In this document: positions 5,644-15,010 of the stretch, one piece after another
Position numbering within the stretch: the stretch's first letter is position 1
Layout of the letters: each line of letters starts with the position of its first letter
From: Nostoc sp. DedSLP01
GTDB taxonomy: Bacteria > Cyanobacteriota > Cyanobacteriia > Cyanobacteriales > Nostocaceae
Assembly (NCBI GenBank): GCA_034530875.2
Contig: JAVRCJ020000016.1
Span: forward strand, 1-64,000
DNA length: 64,000 bases
Direction of reading: 5' to 3'
Notes under the pieces: model-generated
What the model was told of the DNA's origin: nothing
Database searches by the model: none
What the model saw: only the letters and a program-made list of their open reading frames with translations
Translations under genes and position numbers: made by a program

Positions 5644-8176
5644 TTCATGCGCTGATTTAGCAGCACAAATTGCAGCGCTACGTGCAGAGATAGCAAAGAT
5701 TAAGCCTGTAGATGAAAATGCAATTATTCAGAAGTCTGTAAAACTTTCTGAAGCTAATATTGTTCCTAAAATTGACACGGCGGTAGCAGCAGGAACAGCA
5801 TTACTTGCCAACAAATTACAGCCACAAATAGATTCTGGTATAGAGAAAGCCAGAGAAGCCTTTAATAAAGCTTTCAAGGCAGATTCAGCAGCAACAAATG
5901 CTGAGGGTAACTCTCTAGCAGCCAAGAGGAAAGCGGATCAAGCGATATCTGATGCCGTAAAAGCCAAAAATGATGCATTAGAAGCGTCTCGTGCTGCCAG
6001 ACAAGCTGATGCCCAAGCTGCGATAGCGAAATCAAGGGCGGAAGCCGCAAAAAATGAAGCATCGACAGCGACAAGTAAAGCCATAAGTGCCGAAAAGCAA
6101 GCTATTAATTCAGGGTACAAAGCTGCAAGTGCGGAGAGGCAAGCTTTAACTGCCAAGGAAGCTGCAAGAATAGCCTCTCAAGAATCACAACTGGCGAAAA
6201 ATTTAGCTAATCAGGCGGATTTTAAGGCAGGCAACGCGATTAACAAGTCAACCAATGCAGTCTCAACAGCTGCTAAAGCATCCAAGGAAGCACTAGATGC
6301 ATCGAATAACGTTACTGGATTAAAGGGTGTTGTTAATGGAATTGGCAACAAAGTTAACGGCTTGGGTAATTTGATTTCCAAAGTAGAAGCTAAGGCGGGA
6401 CAAGCTTTTGTTAATGCAGCCAAAGCTATTGGCATTAGTGAAAATGCTTTAGGAGCAGTAGGGCGATTAGCAAGCAGGGTGTTGGTGCTTTTCAATATTG
6501 TCAGCACTTTGTTTACCCTCGTTGAACAACTCGCAACTTTAAATATTCTGGGCGATCGCATTGATGCGGTAGAAAACGGTTTAGTGTCGCTAGGCAACCA
6601 AGTCTCAGGGCTTCTGGGTAGGCTTGTCGGTTTGCAAAACAGAATTAAAGCTGTAGAGGGTAGTGTATCAAGCATTCGAGCCATTGCCAGTGATGCGCTG
6701 TCTATTGGCAGTCAGGCGGCCAGCATCGGAAGGGATGCCCGTAGTGCAGCAGGTCTAGCACAAAGTACAGCAAATCTTGCTCAAAGCAGTGCTACACAAG
6801 CACAGACCACTGCTGATGGTGCTGTCAGGAATGCATCCAGAGCAAACGAAAACGCCACGATCGCATTTAATAAGGCAAACGAGGCTCAAGGTATAGGCGA
6901 ACAAGCCAAAAATATTGCTGGGCAAGCCTTCCAAAAAGGAACGGAAGCGCTAGGAGTAGCGCTAACAGCTCTCAGCCTTTACCAAGCTATTAGATTTCTC
7001 AAAGGGCCAAAAGGAGATCCAGGTATTCCCGGCAGACCTGGGCGAGATGGACTTCAGGGGCGTAATGGGCTAGACGGAAGGCCAGGCCGAGACGGACTTC
7101 AAGGTATACCGGGCATTACACAGATAATACAAATTCCCGGCAGACCTGGCAGGGACGGCAGAAACGGAATTAACGGACTTCCCGGTAGATCTGGCAGGGA
7201 CGGCAGGAATGGAATTAATGGACTACCAGGAAGAGACGGGAGGGATAGTGATGTGAACCAGGCTGACTTAGCAGGCTTAAAAGCTTTCATCGCAGCACAG
7301 CACGCAGGTACAAGAGCAAACAGCAATACTAATCATTTGGGTACTCAGGCAAATGTCAACACTACCACCGTAACGGTAGTAGGGGCATTGTCTACCTATG
7401 TCGCAACACAGTTCGGAATTGTGGTTGCAGCGCTTACAATAATCGGAAGTCAACTAATTAACTTTATAAATTGGGCGGTAATTGATAGGGTTTTAAATCT
7501 GTTGATTTTAGCGACAACTATTCACAATGGATTGATGTTAAGTAATGACATCGGTCAAACTTTATTAAGTGCAATTGCTAATGTATTGTCTGTCTTTGGC
7601 ATCAAAAATAGCGAAGGTCAACCGTTTGATATTGGCACAATTATTGGTAATACTGTCGAGAATTTTATCAAAGGAATTATTGGGCAAGATAATTACACTA
7701 CACTAACAACAACATGGGCTAAAGCTAACCGAATATATCAAGCAACGACTAATATTTTAAATAATTTGATGAACGTACATGCTGTAATTACCAATGCTTT
7801 AGAGGTAATTGGTAGTTACACAGGTAAAATCGGTAATGCATTAAGGGCTTGGGGTGTTGTTGGTGAGAAAGCTTACGCATGGATGAACCCACAACCAAGC
7901 TTTGATAATAAATGGATGACTAAGCTTCAGCAATTACAAGAAGGTGCAAATACTGTTACTATGGTTACGCAAATTCCTGTTGATGCTGTCAACGCTGTAA
8001 CTGAATTGAACAATTCAACTACAGAATTAGTTAAAGCAGTTAAACAGGAACCCGATACAAAAGATGGGATAAACGTAGGCGAAGCAGCGAAGGTTAAACA
8101 AGAAAAAGAACTTGCTAAAGCTGTCAGCATTCCTCTGGAATTTAACTTCTCTGATTTATTTGACGGAGAGGATTAA
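5636..8176 (+). CDS. Large Ala-rich coiled-coil protein with collagen-like repeats and hydrophobic segments (spike/pilot/tape-measure-like)
   Basis: 846 aa; A/K/Q-rich heptads, hydrophobic stretches, Gly-X-Y run (GPKGDPGIPGRPGRDG...) at about 7004-7247, C-terminal hydrophobic helices. Confidence 0.75.
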   Translation: MADSCADLAAQIAALRAEIAKIKPVDENAIIQKSVKLSEANIVPKIDTAVAAGTALLANKLQPQIDSGIEKAREAFNKAFKADSAATNAEGNSLAAKRKADQAISDAVKAKNDALEASRAARQADAQAAIAKSRAEAAKNEASTATSKAISAEKQAINSGYKAASAERQALTAKEAARIASQESQLAKNLANQADFKAGNAINKSTNAVSTAAKASKEALDASNNVTGLKGVVNGIGNKVNGLGNLISKVEAKAGQAFVNAAKAIGISENALGAVGRLASRVLVLFNIVSTLFTLVEQLATLNILGDRIDAVENGLVSLGNQVSGLLGRLVGLQNRIKAVEGSVSSIRAIASDALSIGSQAASIGRDARSAAGLAQSTANLAQSSATQAQTTADGAVRNASRANENATIAFNKANEAQGIGEQAKNIAGQAFQKGTEALGVALTALSLYQAIRFLKGPKGDPGIPGRPGRDGLQGRNGLDGRPGRDGLQGIPGITQIIQIPGRPGRDGRNGINGLPGRSGRDGRNGINGLPGRDGRDSDVNQADLAGLKAFIAAQHAGTRANSNTNHLGTQANVNTTTVTVVGALSTYVATQFGIVVAALTIIGSQLINFINWAVIDRVLNLLILATTIHNGLMLSNDIGQTLLSAIANVLSVFGIKNSEGQPFDIGTIIGNTVENFIKGIIGQDNYTTLTTTWAKANRIYQATTNILNNLMNVHAVITNALEVIGSYTGKIGNALRAWGVVGEKAYAWMNPQPSFDNKWMTKLQQLQEGANTVTMVTQIPVDAVNAVTELNNSTTELVKAVKQEPDTKDGINVGEAAKVKQEKELAKAVSIPLEFNFSDLFDGED

Positions 8177-9024
8177 TGGCAGACTTACCAGAGAATTTTA
8201 ATAACATCGAGCATCTACAAAAAACTTGGACTCAAGAACATAACCGTAGAGTTGATAGATATTTTAGAGATGTTGTAGGTAATGGAGACTTGTCTTCAGT
8301 CCGAAGTTCTTTAAAGTTAGCTTGCAGGGCGCTTGATGCTGATAATATGTACGCATCTTGGATGCGGGCTGATTTGTTCTACAACATTATTGGCTATGCC
8401 AGAAAAAATTTAGCTGTCTTCTACGGTAATAGATTTGATACGGCTCCCCCTGTCGCCGGTCATCCACAATTATTTTTTGTGTTTTCTCAAGATGAATCTG
8501 CTTCTCCCCCTGAAGAATCACCAATACAGCATGAAAAATCTGTGAGATTGATGAAATTCTCTTGCGCTGCTGGGAATGCGAAGCCAGCTATTACCAAGGC
8601 GAATATGACAGAAATTGCTAACGAAATTAAAACTACTTTTTTATCAAATCATAGAGGAATAACTTATACAACTGGGAATAAATCAGCTAGTTATACCGAC
8701 CCGGATAATGGATTTCCAAAAGGAAATTATTTACTTGTTAATTCTCGGAGTGATGCAGTAGAAATTTACGAAAAAATTTGCAACGTTATTGATGTACCTT
8801 TCCAATCAGAAAGGGTTTTAGTCAACGATCCAGATAAAGCCAGTACAACAACGGCAACAGCTGGGAAAACCACTATTTTAGGCAAACAAGTACAAAATCG
8901 CAGGTACAGACCCGTAGCAGTTCTCAGATTCAGGAGTGCCTACATTTCTTTAGGTAATCTCGTGCCACCAGTCTTTTTACTAGATACAACCCTCAGAAAT
9001 CAGGGATTAGTCCCTTATCCATGA
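8176..9024 (+). CDS. Hypothetical protein (element, putative structural)
   Basis: 282-aa ORF with TAATG coupling to the previous gene. Confidence 0.75.
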   Translation: MADLPENFNNIEHLQKTWTQEHNRRVDRYFRDVVGNGDLSSVRSSLKLACRALDADNMYASWMRADLFYNIIGYARKNLAVFYGNRFDTAPPVAGHPQLFFVFSQDESASPPEESPIQHEKSVRLMKFSCAAGNAKPAITKANMTEIANEIKTTFLSNHRGITYTTGNKSASYTDPDNGFPKGNYLLVNSRSDAVEIYEKICNVIDVPFQSERVLVNDPDKASTTTATAGKTTILGKQVQNRRYRPVAVLRFRSAYISLGNLVPPVFLLDTTLRNQGLVPYP

Positions 9025-9157
9025 TCGTAAATTCCTATCAAAGGGTAACTGCTGCTGAGAATAAAGATAAAAACCTAATAGGTTTCGGCACAAAATTCTA
9101 AGGATTTTAAAGAGTTAGAGTTACTGGTATCTGTAACAACTATCACCAGTAAATAAT

Positions 9158-9739
9158 ATGGGTTTTAGAGATCTGCAACGTTTTGATTCGCAGAAATCGC
9201 GTTATGACAAGTACAAAGCTTGGTTGGCAATGACTCCAGACCAAAGGCAAGCTGCATACGCCGCAATCACCGATGAAAGCAAACGGGCGAAAACAGAAAG
9301 AGAAAAAGGGTATATTTCTCCATTTGGCACGGCTGGCAGTACTAAAGTTTATGTGCCTGCGAATTTAATCAAGAGCGGTCAAACCGGACAAGGTTCTGGA
9401 GTGGCTGAGGTTCTTCGCGGTTTGCTTGCCAGCTACACCACTACTGCTGCTGAATTTGGCGCACTTACCACGCCAATTCTGATTGATGTCAGGAAGTTTA
9501 AGTCTGCCAAACTTACGCTGACTTCTGTTATCCCAGGTACAACACCAAAAAACAGTCGCATCACTGGCGCTGCATACAAAAAGCCTGATGTAGACTCCGT
9601 TACTGGTGAATTTGGTCAAAACACTGGCGGTCAAGATTATGATGCCGCTGTTTTAGCCATCAAAGGCGCATCAGCTTACACCACCTTCATTGCAGCGAAC
9701 AGTGGTAAAAACCGGGCTAGGTTCACTCCTGAGGGTTGA
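9158..9739 (+). CDS. Hypothetical protein (element; candidate major structural protein)
   Basis: 193 aa, G/T/A/K-rich, preceded by a 133-bp gap and an 8-bp hairpin (9121-9152). Confidence 0.7.
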   Translation: MGFRDLQRFDSQKSRYDKYKAWLAMTPDQRQAAYAAITDESKRAKTEREKGYISPFGTAGSTKVYVPANLIKSGQTGQGSGVAEVLRGLLASYTTTAAEFGALTTPILIDVRKFKSAKLTLTSVIPGTTPKNSRITGAAYKKPDVDSVTGEFGQNTGGQDYDAAVLAIKGASAYTTFIAANSGKNRARFTPEG

Positions 9740-10002
9740 TGAGCAAGATAGCAGAGCGCACTGGAATTATTTGGACTCCAGACGATCCGTTAGATCTACT
9801 ATCCGTCGATGTTGATGGCAACTGTTCGGAAGCTGAATTTCAAGGAATGCTTGCCATCAACCAAGCAGGTAGAGACTGGCTGACCGGGAAAATTGACATT
9901 GTTGAATACCTGGACAAACTGGAGTATTACGGCATTCCTAATCCGTTTGAGATATTAGATGAATTTGCCGAACACGTTGATTTTGTAATCGACCACGCTT
10001 AA
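9739..10002 (+). CDS. Acidic hypothetical protein
   Basis: TGATG coupling at 9737-9741; 87 aa, D/E-rich. Confidence 0.7.
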   Translation: MSKIAERTGIIWTPDDPLDLLSVDVDGNCSEAEFQGMLAINQAGRDWLTGKIDIVEYLDKLEYYGIPNPFEILDEFAEHVDFVIDHA

Positions 10003-10003
10003 T

Positions 10004-10456
10004 ATGACACGCAATTTACAGTTAGGGATAGAGAGTTACTGGGCTTTGCAATATAGTAATTCTATTCCTGCTGTAAGTTACGTAAATGACTCATCAGGAA
10101 AACCAATTTATCAAAAAATAACAGAGATACATGTTCCTGTAGTGTTTGATAAACCAATTATTGCTGTTTCTATCAATACTACTATTCCTGTTGGTAAGAT
10201 TTGGGAATATGCAGGATACTTGCGCCGCAGCTTAACAACTGGATTGGGTGCGACTTTTGTGGGCGAACCCGAACAGTTGTTTTTAGGTAAGTTTAATTTA
10301 ATAGTTTTCGATGATTTAAATATTAATTATTTTTTATCTATTAAAGTTCCTAAATGGTTCATCAGCGCTACTATTGCTATTTACCAGTATGAAGGAATAG
10401 ATTCAACCACATTAGAAGATGATGTGCAAGCTATAAAGACATCGCTCGGTATTTAA
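10004..10456 (+). CDS. Hypothetical beta-rich protein (element)
   Basis: 150-aa ORF 1 bp after the previous stop. Confidence 0.7.
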   Translation: MTRNLQLGIESYWALQYSNSIPAVSYVNDSSGKPIYQKITEIHVPVVFDKPIIAVSINTTIPVGKIWEYAGYLRRSLTTGLGATFVGEPEQLFLGKFNLIVFDDLNINYFLSIKVPKWFISATIAIYQYEGIDSTTLEDDVQAIKTSLGI

Positions 10457-10464
10457 ACTTAACA

Positions 10465-10830
10465 ATGAAAATTGACATTAACAATGCTTTTACTGTTGTT
10501 TCTTTAGTATTTTTATTGGTTGGCGGCATCTATCGTCTAGCACAAATAGAGGCTAATATTAACGCCAAAATCAGCAGATTAGAAACAAATCTTTTAGCTG
10601 CTATTGACTCTCTTAAAGATACTTTTGTTGATAGGCTGTACATCAATGAAAAAAAGTTAGATGTACATTTAACCGAGTATACAGAGAAAAAATTGTTTGC
10701 GGAATATAGGCACAACGCTACTGATAAGCTCGTTGAGCATAAATTTAACCGCCTACGAGGACTGATTAAGCAGCTTGCTGGATTCCTCAACAAGGAATCC
10801 GGCTTTATTCTCCGGGATGACGAGTATTAA
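10465..10830 (+). CDS. Membrane-anchored coiled-coil protein (holin-like)
   Basis: N-terminal hydrophobic helix AFTVVSLVFLLVGGIY then heptad-rich region; last gene of the block. Confidence 0.6.
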   Translation: MKIDINNAFTVVSLVFLLVGGIYRLAQIEANINAKISRLETNLLAAIDSLKDTFVDRLYINEKKLDVHLTEYTEKKLFAEYRHNATDKLVEHKFNRLRGLIKQLAGFLNKESGFILRDDEY

Positions 10831-10965
10831 CTCTCTGGGGATTCACTGTACTACTTTTTCGTACACTCCTCGTCACTCAAGGATTGAAACTAACTTTTTG
10901 CATAGGTTCGTCACATCACAGCCCAACTAAAATAAATTTAAAATCCTCAGCAGGAATTAACTCAA

Positions 10966-11424
10966 ATGGGTAAGCTGGTACTACCAAATCTTCAAGGTAA
11001 GCAAATGGGGCAAGTAATAGTTACCCTCACTGTCACAAATCGAATCGATAAAGTTCTGGCTCAGCGAGGCTTCATTTCTTTAGAAGAAGTGCGCTCTTGC
11101 ACGTTGAATGATGTTTTAGTTGATACAGGGGTAACATTGCTATGTTTACCTGCTAGCGTTATTACTCAACTAGGTTTGGTTCAAGGAGGAGAAGCTCAGG
11201 TAGAAACTGCCGCTGGAGTGCAACAAGGGCGAATTTTTCGAGATGTGGAATTAAGTATTGGCGAAAGGGAAGGAACTTTTGATTGTTTGGAACTTACAGA
11301 AGTACCGTATCCGCTTTTGGGTGTAACGCCAATGGAAATTTTAGGCTTAGAGCCAGACCTAAAAAATCGAAAATTACGGGTTTTGCCGATGAATTACGAG
11401 CAAACTTATCTGAGTATATTGTAG
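10966..11424 (+). CDS. Retropepsin-like (clan AA) aspartyl protease family protein
   Basis: VLVDTG catalytic motif and PLLGVTPMEILGL C-terminal motif. Confidence 0.85.
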   Translation: MGKLVLPNLQGKQMGQVIVTLTVTNRIDKVLAQRGFISLEEVRSCTLNDVLVDTGVTLLCLPASVITQLGLVQGGEAQVETAAGVQQGRIFRDVELSIGEREGTFDCLELTEVPYPLLGVTPMEILGLEPDLKNRKLRVLPMNYEQTYLSIL

Positions 11425-11526
11425 GCGATCGCTAGATATTAAATATCATTCAGCGTTACAGGTTTTACTACTAGGCTCGTGGCGATCGCTTGGGGAAAAG
11501 CTCAGGTAGTATGTTAATTTATCTGT

Positions 11527-11859
11527 ATGAAAAAGCTTTTATTTATTTGTAGCCAAAATAGATTGCGAAGTCCCACTGCCGAAGCCGTATTTGCAGAATA
11601 TGAAGGATTTGAAACTGACTCCGCAGGTTTAGACCGTTACGCCGAAGTACCAGTTTCAACTGAAGCGATCGCGTGGGCTGATATTATTTTTGTTATGGAA
11701 AAATCACATAAAAACAAGCTCTCAAACAATTTTCAGCACTTCCTTAAAGATAAAAAAATTATATGTTTAGATATACCAGATGAATATGAGTATATGGAAC
11801 CAGCTTTAATTGACTTGTTAAAAAAGAAAGTTTTACCTTTATTGAAAATAAAACAATAA
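11527..11859 (+). CDS. Low-molecular-weight protein tyrosine phosphatase family protein
   Basis: LFICSQNRLRSPTAE P-loop; WADIIFVME; LDIPDEY. Confidence 0.88.
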   Translation: MKKLLFICSQNRLRSPTAEAVFAEYEGFETDSAGLDRYAEVPVSTEAIAWADIIFVMEKSHKNKLSNNFQHFLKDKKIICLDIPDEYEYMEPALIDLLKKKVLPLLKIKQ

Positions 11860-12075
11860 AAACTAGAAAAGCTTTTAATTCATTTCTATAAATATGGAAA
11901 TAAATTAGATATAGCTAATTATCTCTTATGAGTTTGATTTTCCAGGTTATTTACCAGCCAAAATGAAAAATTACCAGTTATCAGTTACCAATTCCTGATA
12001 ACTGTTGCTTGTTTACAGATTCGATCTGGTAATCCCTAAGCTTTATCTTAGTAAGAACATAGCAATCCCATGTTC

Positions 12076-12552
12076 TTACCTCATCTCAGGAGTTTGTTGC
12101 AGGATTAGTAAAGTATTGTATACCTCCTGCTTTAAATTATTGTTGTTTTGTAGTTCTATGGTGATTTTGTTGAAGCGATCGATGCTCAAACCATTTTCTT
12201 CGACAATTTTTTGAGAGCGAGTACAGTAATTTACTGCAATATCTTGAGCTTTTCTGGGAAGACCATTAATACTGTTAGAATCATTACAAACAATCTTAGG
12301 AATTTCTCCATTGCCAATAAGTTTTTTAATTTCTTCAAAGGCATTTTGACGCGCCGGTTCCATTGTTAGCACGGCTTGAGCATAGTTTTTTATTTCAGTA
12401 TTATTAACTGGTGGAGTTTGAGCGTAAGCTTTTGAACTTGATGAAAAACTGTTGGAAATCAAACCCACAGTAGCGATAACACCGAAAAAGAATGAGTGTG
12501 AAAGAATTCGCTTTCGGTGAGGTTGAGAAAAGAGACAAGAAATTTTCTTCAT
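12076..12552 (-). CDS. DUF4168-like secreted protein
   Basis: Signal-like N-terminus; YAQAVLTMEPAR...NGLSIDRFNKI pattern. Confidence 0.7.
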   Translation of the reverse strand: MKKISCLFSQPHRKRILSHSFFFGVIATVGLISNSFSSSSKAYAQTPPVNNTEIKNYAQAVLTMEPARQNAFEEIKKLIGNGEIPKIVCNDSNSINGLPRKAQDIAVNYCTRSQKIVEENGLSIDRFNKITIELQNNNNLKQEVYNTLLILQQTPEMR

Positions 12553-12648
12553 ATTGCGTGTAATACGGAAATACATCAGGAATTTTATAAGAACTTTGAA
12601 TTATTTTCGGAGTAGGAAGTTCCGGCAAGCGCTCAAGATATCAAGTTT

Positions 12649-13644
12649 TTATTGTGAATTGACTCGACATACTTGGCAAAGCTCAATTACTTTAGTTTGG
12701 AGTACTGACATTTCTGGTGCTCCTTGTTTGAGGCTCACTTCTAACTCTAATAGTAGGGGTAAGCAAGAGATTAACTGCTCTACAGAAAGGTACTTAATTT
12801 CTTGCTGTAAGAAGTAGATGCGTTTGGGGTTACCGATATCAGCAGCCTGAGCGATCGCTTGTTGATTTCGCTCACCACTTTCCATCATAATCTTTACCCA
12901 TAGCCAGGTGCGAAATTGTCCAATTAATGTAGCAACTATCCGTAACCCTGGCTCAGAAGCATTGATGAGATCGGCTAAGGTAATCAAAGCTTTTGCGGTG
13001 TCTCCTGTTCTAATTGCTGCTGCTAATTGTAAACTATTCTGCGTAGTATTTCTGACTAACTTCGTAACAATATCTATGTCTAGAGTTTTATTGCTACCTT
13101 GGGCGTACAGCCGTAATTTTTCCATCTCATTATAGAGAAGGCGTGTATCATTTCCTACGGACTCAGCTACTAACTCGGCAGTTTTCGCAGTCAGTTTCAC
13201 GCCCAAAGTTTGAGCTGCTTGGTTTACAGCTTGCACTAGCGATTCTGTTTTCCAAGGGGGAATCAGTGGAAATTCTTTAAACTCAGTAGTAAATTGTTTT
13301 AATAATTTTGTAGACTTGAGCCGTTCATCTGGTTTATTACGGGTGGTGAGTAATAAAAAAGAGTTTTCGGGAATTACTGGTAGCGATCGCCCTAATTCTG
13401 CTAAAACATTCTCTGGACATTGCTGGCAAACAGTAGTATTAATCAGCCAAACCAAACGCCCACCAGCGCCAAAAGCCGGCGTCATCGCCTGATTTAACGC
13501 TTGGATTGCAGCGTCAGCTTGGTCTGGCAAAAATGAAGTGTAGTTAAAACTAATCCATAAGGGATCGAGGACGCGATCGCGCAAAATAGCGATCGCTTTT
13601 TCCATTGCAAAATCATCCTCACCCCAATAAACGTAGATTGGCAT
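12649..13644 (-). CDS. holA: DNA polymerase III subunit delta
   Basis: MPIYVYWGEDDF start, PAFGAGGRLV, VGNDTRLLYNEMEKL motifs. Confidence 0.92.
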   Translation of the reverse strand: MPIYVYWGEDDFAMEKAIAILRDRVLDPLWISFNYTSFLPDQADAAIQALNQAMTPAFGAGGRLVWLINTTVCQQCPENVLAELGRSLPVIPENSFLLLTTRNKPDERLKSTKLLKQFTTEFKEFPLIPPWKTESLVQAVNQAAQTLGVKLTAKTAELVAESVGNDTRLLYNEMEKLRLYAQGSNKTLDIDIVTKLVRNTTQNSLQLAAAIRTGDTAKALITLADLINASEPGLRIVATLIGQFRTWLWVKIMMESGERNQQAIAQAADIGNPKRIYFLQQEIKYLSVEQLISCLPLLLELEVSLKQGAPEMSVLQTKVIELCQVCRVNSQ

Positions 13645-13888
13645 AGACTAATCTCCTAATAAGAGGGATTGGGCAGGGGAGCAGGGGGGCAGAGGGGCAG
13701 GGGAGGCAGGGTAGGACAAGAGGACAAGGGGCAAAGGGCAAGGGGTAAACGAAAGATCTCTCATTTTCCCTTTTCCCTACCCGAAGGGTTTTGCCCCATA
13801 CCCAAAAACTAAATACTTTTAAAATCATTCTCTTAAGTTGGATAATTTTCCCTAAAATCTATCAAGTGAGAGCGTGAGGCTATGAAGA

Positions 13889-14677
13889 TTGGACGACAAC
13901 TATCAAACTTACTTAAATCGGTTAGCACGGCTGACGCTGCCAGAAACGTACAGATCCCAAGCCCAGCATATCCAGGAATCTTCTAAATTTCAGGCAAATT
14001 CTGGGGTGAGGCAAGCAGCGCCCTTTCCTGGCTATACGTTAATTACGCCGCCTGCTGAAGAAGAATCAAAAAACTCTGCTTTCTATACCAAATTAGAGAT
14101 TTATCAGCAGGAACTTTTGCAGTTACCTGTAAGCCACGAGCTGATTGTACCTGTACCTCCTGCTAGCTTCCATCTGACTTTAGCGGATTTAATTTGGGAC
14201 AGTGCTTATCTAGATGCTTGCCAAAAAAATCCTACATTCGATCGAGAGTTACAGTCTTGTATAGCCGAGATATTTCAGCAATATCAACAATTGATGACAA
14301 ACAGGAATCATCCAATTCAATGGCAAATGTTGGGGCTGATACTAATGCCAAGGGCTATAGCTGTTTGTTTAGTACCTCAGGATGAACGCTGCTATGAAGA
14401 AATTATTCAATTTCGCCGAACAATTTATCAAAACCGGGAGTTAATCTCTTTGGGTATCGAGCAGCATTATCACTTTACAGCACATATTACATTAGCCTAT
14501 TTTGGAGAAATTCCATCTGACTTAGACCGTACAAACTTCAGTACGATGCTTTCTGAGTTGAATCAAAAATGGTTGTTGAATTTGCCAGAATTTTTAATCG
14601 ATCGCGTCGAGTTGCGAAAATTTGATGACATGACACGCTATTATCGCGAACCAGACTGGCCGGTTTTAGCATTTTGA
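13889..14677 (+). CDS. DUF1868 / 2H-phosphoesterase-like protein
   Basis: Two H-x-T motifs (SFHLTLAD, AHITLAY) and PFPGYTLI. Confidence 0.8.
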   Translation: MDDNYQTYLNRLARLTLPETYRSQAQHIQESSKFQANSGVRQAAPFPGYTLITPPAEEESKNSAFYTKLEIYQQELLQLPVSHELIVPVPPASFHLTLADLIWDSAYLDACQKNPTFDRELQSCIAEIFQQYQQLMTNRNHPIQWQMLGLILMPRAIAVCLVPQDERCYEEIIQFRRTIYQNRELISLGIEQHYHFTAHITLAYFGEIPSDLDRTNFSTMLSELNQKWLLNLPEFLIDRVELRKFDDMTRYYREPDWPVLAF

Positions 14678-14753
14678 CCAAAGGCAACTATTTTTCAACC
14701 AAATCAACTTGTCTTGAAAATAGGGTATTGGGCATTGTCAAAGAGTTTTTTAG

Positions 14754-14880
14754 TAGTGACGTGACCGGGCTAAATTAATGCAATAAATTTTCTTGTGGTG
14801 TGGGCATCTTGCCGCAGGACGCGCCAGACACCCATCCCACAAGAAGAAAGCTAATGTACTGTTTTAGCCCGGTAGCACTA
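14754..14880. repeat. Palindromic miniature repeat element
   Basis: ACCGGGCTAAA (14764) / TTTAGCCCGGT (14863) outer arms and TTCTTGTGG / CCACAAGAA inner arms. Confidence 0.65.
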
Positions 14881-15010
14881 CGTTAAGGTGCGTTAGCCTT
14901 TGGTATAACGCACCATTTTATTAACCGTAGTCAGATATGTTAGGACATTTTAAAAGCTTGAATGCCAGGAATAGTAATACTTTTACCTCCTGCCTCCTGC
15001 CTTCGTTAAA

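Larger units (their letters stand above)
1..10830. mobile_element. Integrated virus-like/prophage-like element (right part; left end outside the window)
   Basis: Run of about 18 non-housekeeping ORFs including a tyrosine recombinase, putative replication protein, fibre-tip-like, collagen/coiled-coil and holin-like proteins; stop/start-coupled operon; HIP1-poor between about 3.0 and 11.4 kb; boundary inferred from gene content. Confidence 0.75.

Noticed and set aside
7004..7247. Repeated DNA units as a possible CRISPR or DGR repeat
   Set aside because: They are in-frame collagen Gly-X-Y codons with no unique spacers and no adenine-specific variation.
5728..8130. Several minus-strand ORFs within the 846-aa gene
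   Set aside because: Antisense shadows of Ala- and Gly-rich codons; no independent support.
10895..10930. GGTTCG motif as a tRNA 3' fragment at the element end
   Set aside because: No T-arm stem, acceptor stem or CCA context could be built.
13619..13828. Short Pro/Cys/Leu-rich ORFs here and at 24265-24400, 37830-37970, 26000-26314
   Set aside because: Translations of STRR heptamer arrays and small repeats, not genes.
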